Positions 31,066 through 40,213 of a DNA stretch of 56,994 nucleotides are shown in pieces (position 1 is the first letter of the stretch; every line of letters begins with the position of its first letter). The notes under the pieces were generated by a model that saw only the letters and a list, made by a program, of their open reading frames with translations, ran no database searches and had not been told where the DNA came from. The stretch spans positions 74,259 to 131,252 of the forward strand of contig DIMA01000018.1 of the NCBI GenBank assembly GCA_002425325.1, written 5' to 3'. The stretch is from Bacillales bacterium UBA5578 (lineage in GTDB: Bacteria; Bacillota_I; Bacilli_A; RF39; UBA660). Made by a program: the position numbers and the translations under genes.

Positions 31066-33987
31066 ATGAAATATGTTCCACTTTATATAAAGACAGACAA
31101 TTCATTACAAGAGTCTATGATTAAGATTGAAAACTTAATTAATAAAGCTTTAACATATAATATTGATGCCCTAAGTATCACTGATAATAATATGTATGGA
31201 GTGATGGATTTTTATAAACTTTGTAAGAAAAATAATATAAAACCTATTATTGGTTTGGAAATGTTATATAAGGATAATAAGTTTTTATTATATTGTATAA
31301 ATTATAACGGTTATAAAAATTTAATTAAGTTATCAACTATTAAGTCAGAAAGAGATATAAATTTAAAAGACTTAAATGAATATTCAAAAGATATATTATG
31401 TATAGTACCATATAATTCTATTAGTATATATGATGAAATAAAAGGTTTTTATCAATATATATATAAAGGATATAGAAATATAGAAGAAAAAAATAATTTA
31501 GATGGAGATTTAATATATATAAATGAAACTATTTATTTAGATAAAGAAGATTCTAATTATATAAATTATTTAATTGCTGTAAGTCAAGGAAAAAAAGTAA
31601 ATGAAATTAATACTGATAAGTTAACTAACTATTTAATGACTTATGAAGATGTAAAAGAATTATTGAATGATAATAATGAATTTGTATATGATTTATGTAA
31701 TATAGAAATACCATTTAATCAAGAATTAATGCCAATTTATAATAATGAAGATGGAGTAGATAGTTATACTTATTTAAAGAAAAAATGTATAGAGGGATTA
31801 AAAAATAAATTTGGTAATTCTATTAATAGTAAATATCAAGAAAGATTAAAATATGAATTGGATACAATTAATAAAATGGGGTTCTGCGATTATTTCTTGA
31901 TTGTATATGATTATATTAAATATGCTAAAGATAATAATATTATAGTAGGCCCTGGAAGAGGTAGTGCTGTTGGTTCATTAGTAGCGTATGTACTTAATAT
32001 TACAGATATAGATCCATTAAAATATGATTTATTATTTGAAAGATTTTTAAATATTGAACGTATAAGTATGCCCGATATAGATGTAGACTTTGAACATAAT
32101 AAAAGAGAAGCAATGATTAATTATTGTATTAATAAATATGGTGATAAGTCAGTTGCACCTATTATTACATTTGGAACGATGGCTTCTAAACAAGCTATAA
32201 GAGATGTTGGAAGAGCTATGGGAGTAGATTTACCATTAGTAGATGGTTTATGTAAATTAATTGATTCTAATTTATCTTTAAAGGAAAATTTAAATAATAG
32301 TAAAGTAGCTAGTTATATAGAAAGATATGATAATTTTGATAAATTATATAAAATAGCATCCAAGTTAGAAGGATTAAAAAGACATAGTAGTATACATGCT
32401 GCAGGAGTAGTAATGTCTAGATATCCTTTAGATGAAATTATTCCATTAGATAAAGGACATAATAGTTTTTATACTAGTGGATATGATATGAAGTATTTAG
32501 AAGAAATTGGTTTATTAAAAATGGACTTTTTAGCTATTAAATATTTAACTATTATTCATGAAATAATAGATGATATTAATAAGAAATATAAGACAAATAT
32601 AACATTTGATAATATTCCATTTAATGATCCTTTAGCGCTTAATATATTTAAAAATGCTAATACATTAGGTATATTTCAATTTGAATCAGATGGTATGATA
32701 TCTTTTATGCAAAGATTAAAAGCATCTAATTTTGATGATATATGTGCAGCAATAGCGTTATATAGACCAGGGCCAATGCAAAATATTTCAACATATATAA
32801 AAAGAAAAAATAATCAAGAAAAAATTGATTATATGGATGATAGTTTAATTCCGATACTAAAATCTACTTATGGAATAATAATATATCAAGAACAAATTAT
32901 GCAAATAGCTAATGTATTAGCAGATTATTCATTAGGAGAAGCTGATATATTAAGAAAAGCTATGAGTAAGAAAAAGAAAGATTTATTATTACAAGAAGAA
33001 AAAAGATTTAAAAGTAGAGGTTTGAAGAAAGGGTATAGTGAACAATTATTAGATAAAGTTTATGCTATGATGCTTAAGTTTGCTGAATATGGATTTAATA
33101 AATCTCATTCAGTAGGTTATTCTTTAGTATCTTATCGTATGGCTTATTTAAAAGCTCATTATCCTAAAATATTTATTTCTAATTTATTATCTACTGAAAT
33201 GAATGATGATAGTAAATGTAAGAAATATATATATGAATGTAAGAAAAATAATATTAATATTTTAAAACCAGATATTAATTATAGTTATAGTAAATATATA
33301 GAAGAAGAACAAGGAATTAGATATCCTTTAAGTAATATAAAAGGAATTGGTTCAAGTGCATCTAATTATATATTAGAAGAAAGAGAAAAAGGATTATATA
33401 AAGATATATTTGATTTTATTAAGAGATGTTATGGTAAAACAATTAATAAAGGAATATTAGAAAATTTAATATATGCTGGAGTATTTGATAATTTAGGATT
33501 TAATAAAAATACATTAATTACTAATTTAGATGCAATTATTAATTATGGTGAATTAATTAAAGATTTAGATGAAGAATTTGCATTAAAACCTGAAATTAAT
33601 ATTGTAGATGAATTTGATGAAAAATTTTTAATGGAAAAAGAATTATCTTTATTTGGATTATACTTATCTAATCATCCAGTTACTAAATATAAATCTAAAT
33701 TTAATAATATTATTGATTTAAATAATGTAGATAAATATTTTGATAAAGTAATTGATACTATTATATATGTAGATAGAATAAAAGAAATAACAACAAAGAG
33801 TAATTCGAAAATGGCTTTCATTACAGGAAGTGATGAGATATCTACAATAGACTTAACTATGTTTCCTAAAATATTAGAAGAATATCCAAATATAAAAGAT
33901 GGAGATATATTACTAATAAAAGGAAAAGTAGAGAAGAGATATGATAAATATCAAATAATAATAAATAAGATAAAAGAGTTACAATAG
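31066..33987 (+). CDS. dnaE: DNA polymerase III alpha subunit DnaE, short type accompanying PolC (start moved to 31066)
   Basis: ITDNNMYG, GPGRGSAVGS, MPDIDVDF, HAAGVV, GIFQFES, YGFNKSHS, C-terminal OB fold; RBS aggagg. Confidence 0.97.
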   Translation: MKYVPLYIKTDNSLQESMIKIENLINKALTYNIDALSITDNNMYGVMDFYKLCKKNNIKPIIGLEMLYKDNKFLLYCINYNGYKNLIKLSTIKSERDINLKDLNEYSKDILCIVPYNSISIYDEIKGFYQYIYKGYRNIEEKNNLDGDLIYINETIYLDKEDSNYINYLIAVSQGKKVNEINTDKLTNYLMTYEDVKELLNDNNEFVYDLCNIEIPFNQELMPIYNNEDGVDSYTYLKKKCIEGLKNKFGNSINSKYQERLKYELDTINKMGFCDYFLIVYDYIKYAKDNNIIVGPGRGSAVGSLVAYVLNITDIDPLKYDLLFERFLNIERISMPDIDVDFEHNKREAMINYCINKYGDKSVAPIITFGTMASKQAIRDVGRAMGVDLPLVDGLCKLIDSNLSLKENLNNSKVASYIERYDNFDKLYKIASKLEGLKRHSSIHAAGVVMSRYPLDEIIPLDKGHNSFYTSGYDMKYLEEIGLLKMDFLAIKYLTIIHEIIDDINKKYKTNITFDNIPFNDPLALNIFKNANTLGIFQFESDGMISFMQRLKASNFDDICAAIALYRPGPMQNISTYIKRKNNQEKIDYMDDSLIPILKSTYGIIIYQEQIMQIANVLADYSLGEADILRKAMSKKKKDLLLQEEKRFKSRGLKKGYSEQLLDKVYAMMLKFAEYGFNKSHSVGYSLVSYRMAYLKAHYPKIFISNLLSTEMNDDSKCKKYIYECKKNNINILKPDINYSYSKYIEEEQGIRYPLSNIKGIGSSASNYILEEREKGLYKDIFDFIKRCYGKTINKGILENLIYAGVFDNLGFNKNTLITNLDAIINYGELIKDLDEEFALKPEINIVDEFDEKFLMEKELSLFGLYLSNHPVTKYKSKFNNIIDLNNVDKYFDKVIDTIIYVDRIKEITTKSNSKMAFITGSDEISTIDLTMFPKILEEYPNIKDGDILLIKGKVEKRYDKYQIIINKIKELQ

Positions 33988-34090
33988 TAATTCTTTTTTT
34001 TTGTCGTATTTTGGTTATAAATAAATACTTTATTTTTTATTATAAATATGTTAAAATTGTAGTAGATTTATGCTAAGGAGGATAGCAATT

Positions 34091-34519
34091 ATGGGATTAA
34101 TGAATAAACTATTTGATGGAAATGAAGAAAAAGATATTTTTGAAGATAATGGAAAACAATTTGAGGATCAATATTATGAATCTTCAAAAGATTTAAAAGC
34201 AGATGATATTAATGGTAAAGATGGATCTAAAATGATTTTATTAGAGCCACGTGCATTTTCAGAAGCTCAACAAATTACAGATCAATTAAAAAGAAGAAAT
34301 ACTGTAGTTATTAATTTAAAAAGAGTAACTTCTGAACAAGCAAAAAGAATTATTGACTTTGCTTCAGGATCAACATATGCCTTAAAAGGAAAAATTGAAA
34401 AAATTGGTAGTGGAATTTTCTTATGTACTCCAAATAATATCAATATTCAAGGTAAAATATCTAGTGATAAAGATGATAATGATACTTATGATAATGATGA
34501 TATAGAAATTGATATTTAA
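34091..34519 (+). CDS. sepF: Cell division protein SepF (start moved to 34091)
   Basis: LLEPRAFSEAQQITDQLK, VVINL, RIIDFASGSTYALKGKIEKIG..FLCTPNNI. Confidence 0.93.
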   Translation: MGLMNKLFDGNEEKDIFEDNGKQFEDQYYESSKDLKADDINGKDGSKMILLEPRAFSEAQQITDQLKRRNTVVINLKRVTSEQAKRIIDFASGSTYALKGKIEKIGSGIFLCTPNNINIQGKISSDKDDNDTYDNDDIEIDI

Positions 34520-34576
34520 AAGTATTGTATTAAAAAAATATTTATGCTAGAATAAATGACATATGCGAGGTGAATT

Positions 34577-34999
34577 ATGGAAAAGTTTACTACAACACTT
34601 CGTGGTTATGATAAAGAAGAAGTAAATGAATTTATTGATAAAATTATTGCTCGTATTGAATCAATGGTAACAGAAATTGATGATAAAGATAAAGAAATAT
34701 CTAATCTAAAAAATAAAATAGATGAATTAGAAAAGTACGTTGAAAAATTAAAAAATCAAAGTATGAATGATATGGAAATATCTCAAGATATTATTAAGAA
34801 AGCTAAAGATGAAAGCGAAAAAATAATTAAAGATGCAAATTTAAATGCAGATATTATAATTAACGAATGTCTTATGAAAGCTAAAAAGTATGAGATTAAA
34901 GTTAATAAATATAAAAATGATTTAAAGTTATTAAAGCAGAAGAAGGAGACGTTACTTAGCGGAACTAATAGAGAGTCTATGGTTGGTGGAAATAGATAG
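34577..34999 (+). CDS. divIVA: DivIVA domain protein
   Basis: FTTTLRGYDKEEVNEFIDKI plus coiled coil; sepF-divIVA-ileS synteny. Confidence 0.88.
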   Translation: MEKFTTTLRGYDKEEVNEFIDKIIARIESMVTEIDDKDKEISNLKNKIDELEKYVEKLKNQSMNDMEISQDIIKKAKDESEKIIKDANLNADIIINECLMKAKKYEIKVNKYKNDLKLLKQKKETLLSGTNRESMVGGNR

Positions 35000-35127
35000 G
35001 GAAACTTAGTAAGAATCACTCTGGATGTGTTATTACCGGTTACGCGTTATAGTATTAAGTGCATAATAGTATTATGAATTAGGGTGGTACCGCGATTATT
35101 CGTCCCTAAAACATAATACTTTTTTTA
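34936..35127 (+). ncRNA. T-box riboswitch leader (Ile, specifier AUC) of ileS
   Basis: AGAGAG bulge, tctat/ataga stem with GGTG loop, specifier ATC at 35015-17, Stem III, T-box aattAGGGTGGTACCGCG (35077-94), antiterminator 3' strand CGTCCCT. Confidence 0.92.
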
Positions 35128-35147
35128 TTTATTAGAGGAGGTTTATT

Positions 35148-38100
35148 ATGAAATTTGAAGAATTAGATAAAGAACAAGTAAGTAAAGTTGAACGTAAGAT
35201 ATTAGATAAATGGTTAAAAGATGATATCTTAAATAAAACTATTGAAAATAGAAATGGTAAAGATAACTTTGTTTTCTATGATGGACCAGCAACAGCAAAT
35301 GGAATGCCTGGATTACATCATATGTTAGCAAAATTTTTAAAAGATTCATTCTGTAAATATCAAACTATGAAGGGTAGTAGAGTTCTTAGAAAAATAGGAT
35401 GGGATACTCATGGGTTACCAGTAGAAGTTAATGTAGAAAAGAAATTAGGTTTCTCAGGTAAAAGTGATATTGAAAAATATGGAATTAAAGAATTTAATGC
35501 TTTATGTAAAGAAACAGTTTGGGATAATGAAAATGCTTTTAGAAAATTAACAGAAGAAATGGGACAATTTATCGACTTAGATAATAGATATATTACATAT
35601 GATAATGATTATATTGAAACTGAGTGGTGGATATTAAAGAAATTCTTTGATGAAGGTTTATTCTATGAAGGAGTTAAGATATTACCATGGTGTCCTAGAT
35701 GTGGAACAGGATTAGCTTCACATGAAGTAGCTCAAGGTTATAAAGAAATAGATGCTAATACTGTTACAGTTCCATTTAAGAAGAAAGATGAGGATGTTTA
35801 TTTCTTAGTATGGACAACTACACCTTGGACATTAATTAGTAATGTTGCATTATGTGTTAACCCTAAAGAAACTTATGTTAAAGTTGAATCTAAAGGATAT
35901 AAATTTATCTTAGCTGAAGCATTAGCGCAAGCTAATTTAGGTGAAGAATATGAAGTATTAGAAACATATAAAGGTATTGATCTAGAAAATATGGAATATG
36001 AACAATTAATTCCATCATTAAAAGTAGATAAAAAAGCTTTTATTGTTACTTGTGATGATTATGTTACTATGTCAGATGGTACTGGTATTGTTCATATCGC
36101 ACCTGCATTTGGTGAAGATGATGCTAAGGTAGGTAGAAAATATAATTTACCATATTTAAATCCTGTAAATGAAGATGCTACATATAATGATGGATTATGG
36201 AAAGGCATGAATATCTTTGATGCAGATTTAGAAGTAATTAAATATTTAAAAGAAAATGATAAATTATTTAAAAAGCAAAAAGTTAAACATGATTATCCAC
36301 ATTGTTGGAGATGTAATTCACCATTAGTATATTATTCAAGACCTTCATATTATTTAGAAGTTACTAAGTTACAAGATAAAATAATAGAAGAAAATAAAAA
36401 AGTAAATTGGTTCCCATCATACGTTGGAGAAAAGAGATTTGGAAATTGGTTAGAAAATATGAATGATTGGGCTATTTCTCGTAATAGATATTGGGGAACA
36501 CCACTTCCATTATGGAGATGTTCTTGTGGACATATGGAAATGATTGGTTCTAGAGAAGAATTAAAAGAAAAAGCAATAGAAGAAGTAGATCCTGCAACAA
36601 TAGATTTACATAGACCATTTGTTGATGATGTACATATTGAATGTCCACATTGTAAAGAAAAAATGACAAGAGTACCAGAAGTAATCGATTGTTGGTTTGA
36701 TAGTGGAGCTATGCCATTTGCTCAATACCATTATCCATTTGAAAATAAAGAGTTATGGGAAGAACAATATCCTGCTGACTTTATAGCAGAAGGAATTGAC
36801 CAAACTAGAGGATGGTTCTATTCATTAATAGTAATTGGTGTATTCTTAACTGGTAAGAGCCCATATAAAAATGTATTAGTTAATGAATTATTATTAGATA
36901 AATATGGTCATAAAATGCATAAGAGTAAAGGAAATGCTATTGAACCATTTACTACTATGGAAAAATATGGAGCTGATACAATAAGATTCTATTTAGCTTA
37001 TGTATCACCAACATGGACACCATTAAAATTTGATGAAGAAGGATTAAAAGAAGTTCATTCTAAATTCTTTAATCCATTAAAGAATACTTATTCTTTCTTC
37101 CAAACATATGCAAATATCGATAATATTGATATAAAAGAATGTATGGTAAAAGAAAGTGATAGAGAAGAAATAGATAGATGGTTATTAAGTAAATACAATA
37201 AATTAATTGATAATTGTACTAAAGCATATGACAAATATGATTTAAATGAAGTAGTTAAATTAGCTACAACATTTGTATCAGATGATTTATCAAATTGGTA
37301 TATTAGAAGAAATAGAAATAGATTCTGGTCATCAGAGTTAGATAATTCTAAGAAGAGTGTATATATAACTACATATGAAGTATTAGAAGGAATTTGTAGA
37401 TTAATTGCGCCAATTGTACCATTTGTAACAGAAGAAATATATACTAAATTAACAGGAAATGAATCAGTTCATTTAGCTGATTTCCCTGTAGTAAATAGCG
37501 AATTAATTAATGAAGATATAGAAGTTCGTATGGACTTAGTAAGAGATTTAATTAGTTTAGGAAGAAATATTCGTGAAGAAGTTAAAATTAAGGTTAGACA
37601 ACCAATTAGTGAATGTTTAATTGATGGTAAAAATGAATCTATTATTAGTGATTTAACTCCATTAATTGAAGAAGAATTAAATGTTAAAACAGTTACATTT
37701 ATAAGTGAATTAGAACAATATATGAATTTAACTGTTAAACCAAACTTCAAAGAAGTTGGACGAGTATTTGGACCAAAGATTAAAGTATTCCAAGAAAATT
37801 TATTAGCTTTACCAATGAGTGATATTAAAACATTACAAAATAGTGGTTCTATAAAAATGGATATTGATGGTGAAGAATATGAAGTTACATCTTCAATGGT
37901 TGAAATTAAAACAAGTTCAAAAGAAGGATTTGACGTTGCTACAGATACAACAAACTTCGTTATATTAAAAACTGAATTAACAGAAGAATTAATATTAGAA
38001 GGTATTGCTCGTGAAGTAGTAAGTAAAGTTCAAAATTTAAGAAAGACTAGTGGTTTTGAAATAGCTGATAGAATAAATTTATACTATAGAGCTGATGAAT

Positions 38101-38243
38101 TAGCTACTAAAGCAATAAATGAATATAAAGAATTTATTATGAATGAAACTTTAACTGTTAATTTAGAAGAAAGTGATAAAGCAACAGAAGAAGTTGATTT
38201 AAATGGACATGAAGGATTCTTTACAGTAGAAAAAGCAAATTAA
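35148..38243 (+). CDS. ileS: Isoleucine--tRNA ligase, type 2 (IleRS2) with GLHH motif
   Basis: 1031 aa; YDGPATANGMPGLHH, GWDTHGLPVE, WTTTPWTL, DQTRGWF, KMHKS; type 2 C-terminus EGIAREVVSKVQNLRK. Confidence 0.97.
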   Translation: MKFEELDKEQVSKVERKILDKWLKDDILNKTIENRNGKDNFVFYDGPATANGMPGLHHMLAKFLKDSFCKYQTMKGSRVLRKIGWDTHGLPVEVNVEKKLGFSGKSDIEKYGIKEFNALCKETVWDNENAFRKLTEEMGQFIDLDNRYITYDNDYIETEWWILKKFFDEGLFYEGVKILPWCPRCGTGLASHEVAQGYKEIDANTVTVPFKKKDEDVYFLVWTTTPWTLISNVALCVNPKETYVKVESKGYKFILAEALAQANLGEEYEVLETYKGIDLENMEYEQLIPSLKVDKKAFIVTCDDYVTMSDGTGIVHIAPAFGEDDAKVGRKYNLPYLNPVNEDATYNDGLWKGMNIFDADLEVIKYLKENDKLFKKQKVKHDYPHCWRCNSPLVYYSRPSYYLEVTKLQDKIIEENKKVNWFPSYVGEKRFGNWLENMNDWAISRNRYWGTPLPLWRCSCGHMEMIGSREELKEKAIEEVDPATIDLHRPFVDDVHIECPHCKEKMTRVPEVIDCWFDSGAMPFAQYHYPFENKELWEEQYPADFIAEGIDQTRGWFYSLIVIGVFLTGKSPYKNVLVNELLLDKYGHKMHKSKGNAIEPFTTMEKYGADTIRFYLAYVSPTWTPLKFDEEGLKEVHSKFFNPLKNTYSFFQTYANIDNIDIKECMVKESDREEIDRWLLSKYNKLIDNCTKAYDKYDLNEVVKLATTFVSDDLSNWYIRRNRNRFWSSELDNSKKSVYITTYEVLEGICRLIAPIVPFVTEEIYTKLTGNESVHLADFPVVNSELINEDIEVRMDLVRDLISLGRNIREEVKIKVRQPISECLIDGKNESIISDLTPLIEEELNVKTVTFISELEQYMNLTVKPNFKEVGRVFGPKIKVFQENLLALPMSDIKTLQNSGSIKMDIDGEEYEVTSSMVEIKTSSKEGFDVATDTTNFVILKTELTEELILEGIAREVVSKVQNLRKTSGFEIADRINLYYRADELATKAINEYKEFIMNETLTVNLEESDKATEEVDLNGHEGFFTVEKAN

Positions 38244-38258
38244 TAAATTTGCTTTTTT
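38231..38258 (+). terminator. ileS terminator with stop codon in the loop
   Basis: aaaagcaaat-taataa-atttgctttt-ttt. Confidence 0.85.
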
Positions 38259-38307
38259 TATATACTTTTGGTAATATATACACTTAATGAAAAAGGGGGA
38301 TTTTATA

Positions 38308-39438
38308 ATGGAGAAAGAGAGAACAAAATTACCTTTATTAGTTGATGATAAACCATTATATGTAATTGGTGATGATATAAAAGCAAAAAGTGAAGAATTA
38401 GAACAATTTTTAGAGGGAATGCCTTATATGAATAGTAAGATGTTTTCAAAAAATGTATTATATTCTCACGAAATACAAGCAAATAATAACATTGAAGGTT
38501 ATAGTGATGATGTAGATTTAATTGATAGTATTATTTTAAGAAAGAAAAATATATCTGATGAAGCTAGAAGATTAAGAATTATTAACTTATATAATGGATA
38601 TAGATATATATTAAATAATAAAGAAATAAATAAAGATAATTTAAAAGAATTATATAGATTATTATCTGATGGATTATTAGATGAAGAAGATAAAGTTAAT
38701 ATGGGTGAATATTATAGAAATGAACCTGTTTATATATTCTTTTCTGATAGATTAGATGTTGAACCTGATAAAGGTGTAGATCCAGAACGTGTAGAAGAAT
38801 ATATGAATATATTATTTGATTATATTAATTCAGATAATGAAAATTTAAGTGCTACTGAAAAGTTTATAAAATCTCAAATTATGCATTTTTACTTTGTATA
38901 TATACATCCATATTTTGATATAAATGGACGTACAAGTAGAACTACAGCTATGTGGTATTTATTAAATCAAAAAGATTATCCTTTTATTATATTTAATAGA
39001 GCTATTCAAATGCATAAAAATGAATATTATAAAGTAATAAGAGATGTTAAAAAATTTAAAAATGTAAGTTTCTTTTTAAACTATATGTTAAATAATGTTC
39101 ATTTTGAATTAGAAAAAGAACATTTTATGGAAGTTATTAATCAAAATACACCAGAAGTATTAACAAGTACTGATTATCAAACAATGAGTTATATTTTATC
39201 AATGAGAAGTACTTTAACATATTCTGATTTTGCACAATTTTATAATTTAAGAAATGAAAAGAAAAATAAACTTACTATATATAATGAAATGTTATTACCT
39301 TTAGTAGAAAAAGGTATAATTATAGAAAAAGATTTTACTAGAAGAGGTTTTAGTGGAGTTCATCAAAATAGATTTTTTGAACTTAATAAAGCATTATATG
39401 ATGATGATCCTGCTAAAATCAAATTATTAAATATATAA
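38308..39438 (+). CDS. Fic family protein with N-terminal autoinhibitory-type motif (class II-like)
   Basis: HPYFDINGRTSR (variant of HxFxDGNGRxxR); NNNIEG motif near the N-terminus. Confidence 0.88.
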   Translation: MEKERTKLPLLVDDKPLYVIGDDIKAKSEELEQFLEGMPYMNSKMFSKNVLYSHEIQANNNIEGYSDDVDLIDSIILRKKNISDEARRLRIINLYNGYRYILNNKEINKDNLKELYRLLSDGLLDEEDKVNMGEYYRNEPVYIFFSDRLDVEPDKGVDPERVEEYMNILFDYINSDNENLSATEKFIKSQIMHFYFVYIHPYFDINGRTSRTTAMWYLLNQKDYPFIIFNRAIQMHKNEYYKVIRDVKKFKNVSFFLNYMLNNVHFELEKEHFMEVINQNTPEVLTSTDYQTMSYILSMRSTLTYSDFAQFYNLRNEKKNKLTIYNEMLLPLVEKGIIIEKDFTRRGFSGVHQNRFFELNKALYDDDPAKIKLLNI

Positions 39439-39439
39439 T

Positions 39440-39468
39440 AAAACAAAGACTAATTGTCTTTGTTTTTT
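39440..39468. terminator. Bidirectional terminator between fic and sigK
   Basis: aaaacaaagac-taatt-gtctttgtttt. Confidence 0.85.
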
Positions 39469-40142
39469 ATATACTCTTTTAACATTTTTGTAAGAGCTCT
39501 TTTTTCAATCCTAGAAACATAACTTCTTGATATTTTATAGTTTTTAGCAATCTCTTTTTGTGTTTTCTTTTTATTATTATTTAATCCATATCGTTCCATT
39601 ATTATTTGTTTTTCTCTAGTTGTTAATACATTAAAATATTTATCTAATAATTTAATATTATTTTCTTTATGAATATCTAAAGCATAATCTGGATTAGGTG
39701 TTTTTAATATATCTAATAAAGTAATTTCATTACCTTCTTTATCAAAACCAACAGATTCATTTAAACTAATATTTTTACTATTATGTTTATTAGTTCTATA
39801 AAACATAAGTATTTCATTTTCTATACATTTAGCGCAATATGTAGTAAGTTTTACATTTTTTTTATTACTATAACTATCAATTCCTTTTATTAAACCAATA
39901 GTACCGATACTAATTAAGTCATCAACGTCTTCTTTTTTATTATCATATTTTTTTACTATATGAGCAACTAACCTTAAATTATGTTCAATTAATTTATCTC
40001 TTGCATCTTTATCATTATTAAACATTTTTTCAATTAATATTTTTTCTTCTTCTTTAGATAATGGATCTGGAAATATATTATTTGAATATGCTGCACAAAA
40101 TAAATGAAAATCTTTAAATAACCATTTTATAAATTTAAACAT
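39450..40142 (-). CDS. sigK: RNA polymerase sporulation sigma factor pro-SigK, uninterrupted
   Basis: Hydrophobic pro-sequence then NNIFPDPLS, LIEHNLRLVAHIVKKY, DLISIGTIGLIKGI, CIENEILM, DKEGNEITLLDIL, TQKEIA..ISRSYVSRIEKRAL. Confidence 0.93.
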   Translation of the reverse strand: MFKFIKWLFKDFHLFCAAYSNNIFPDPLSKEEEKILIEKMFNNDKDARDKLIEHNLRLVAHIVKKYDNKKEDVDDLISIGTIGLIKGIDSYSNKKNVKLTTYCAKCIENEILMFYRTNKHNSKNISLNESVGFDKEGNEITLLDILKTPNPDYALDIHKENNIKLLDKYFNVLTTREKQIIMERYGLNNNKKKTQKEIAKNYKISRSYVSRIEKRALTKMLKEYIKNKDN

Positions 40143-40213
40143 AAATCACTTCCAATATAATTATATGTTAGGATTTATCTATTAATACATGTTATAATTA
40201 ATTAGGTGATAAA

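Noticed and set aside
34002-34008. Spo0A box upstream of sepF (TGTCGTA)
   Set aside because: Only 6/7 match to TGNCGAA and a single copy; exact matches at about 29892 and 42248 are inside coding regions.
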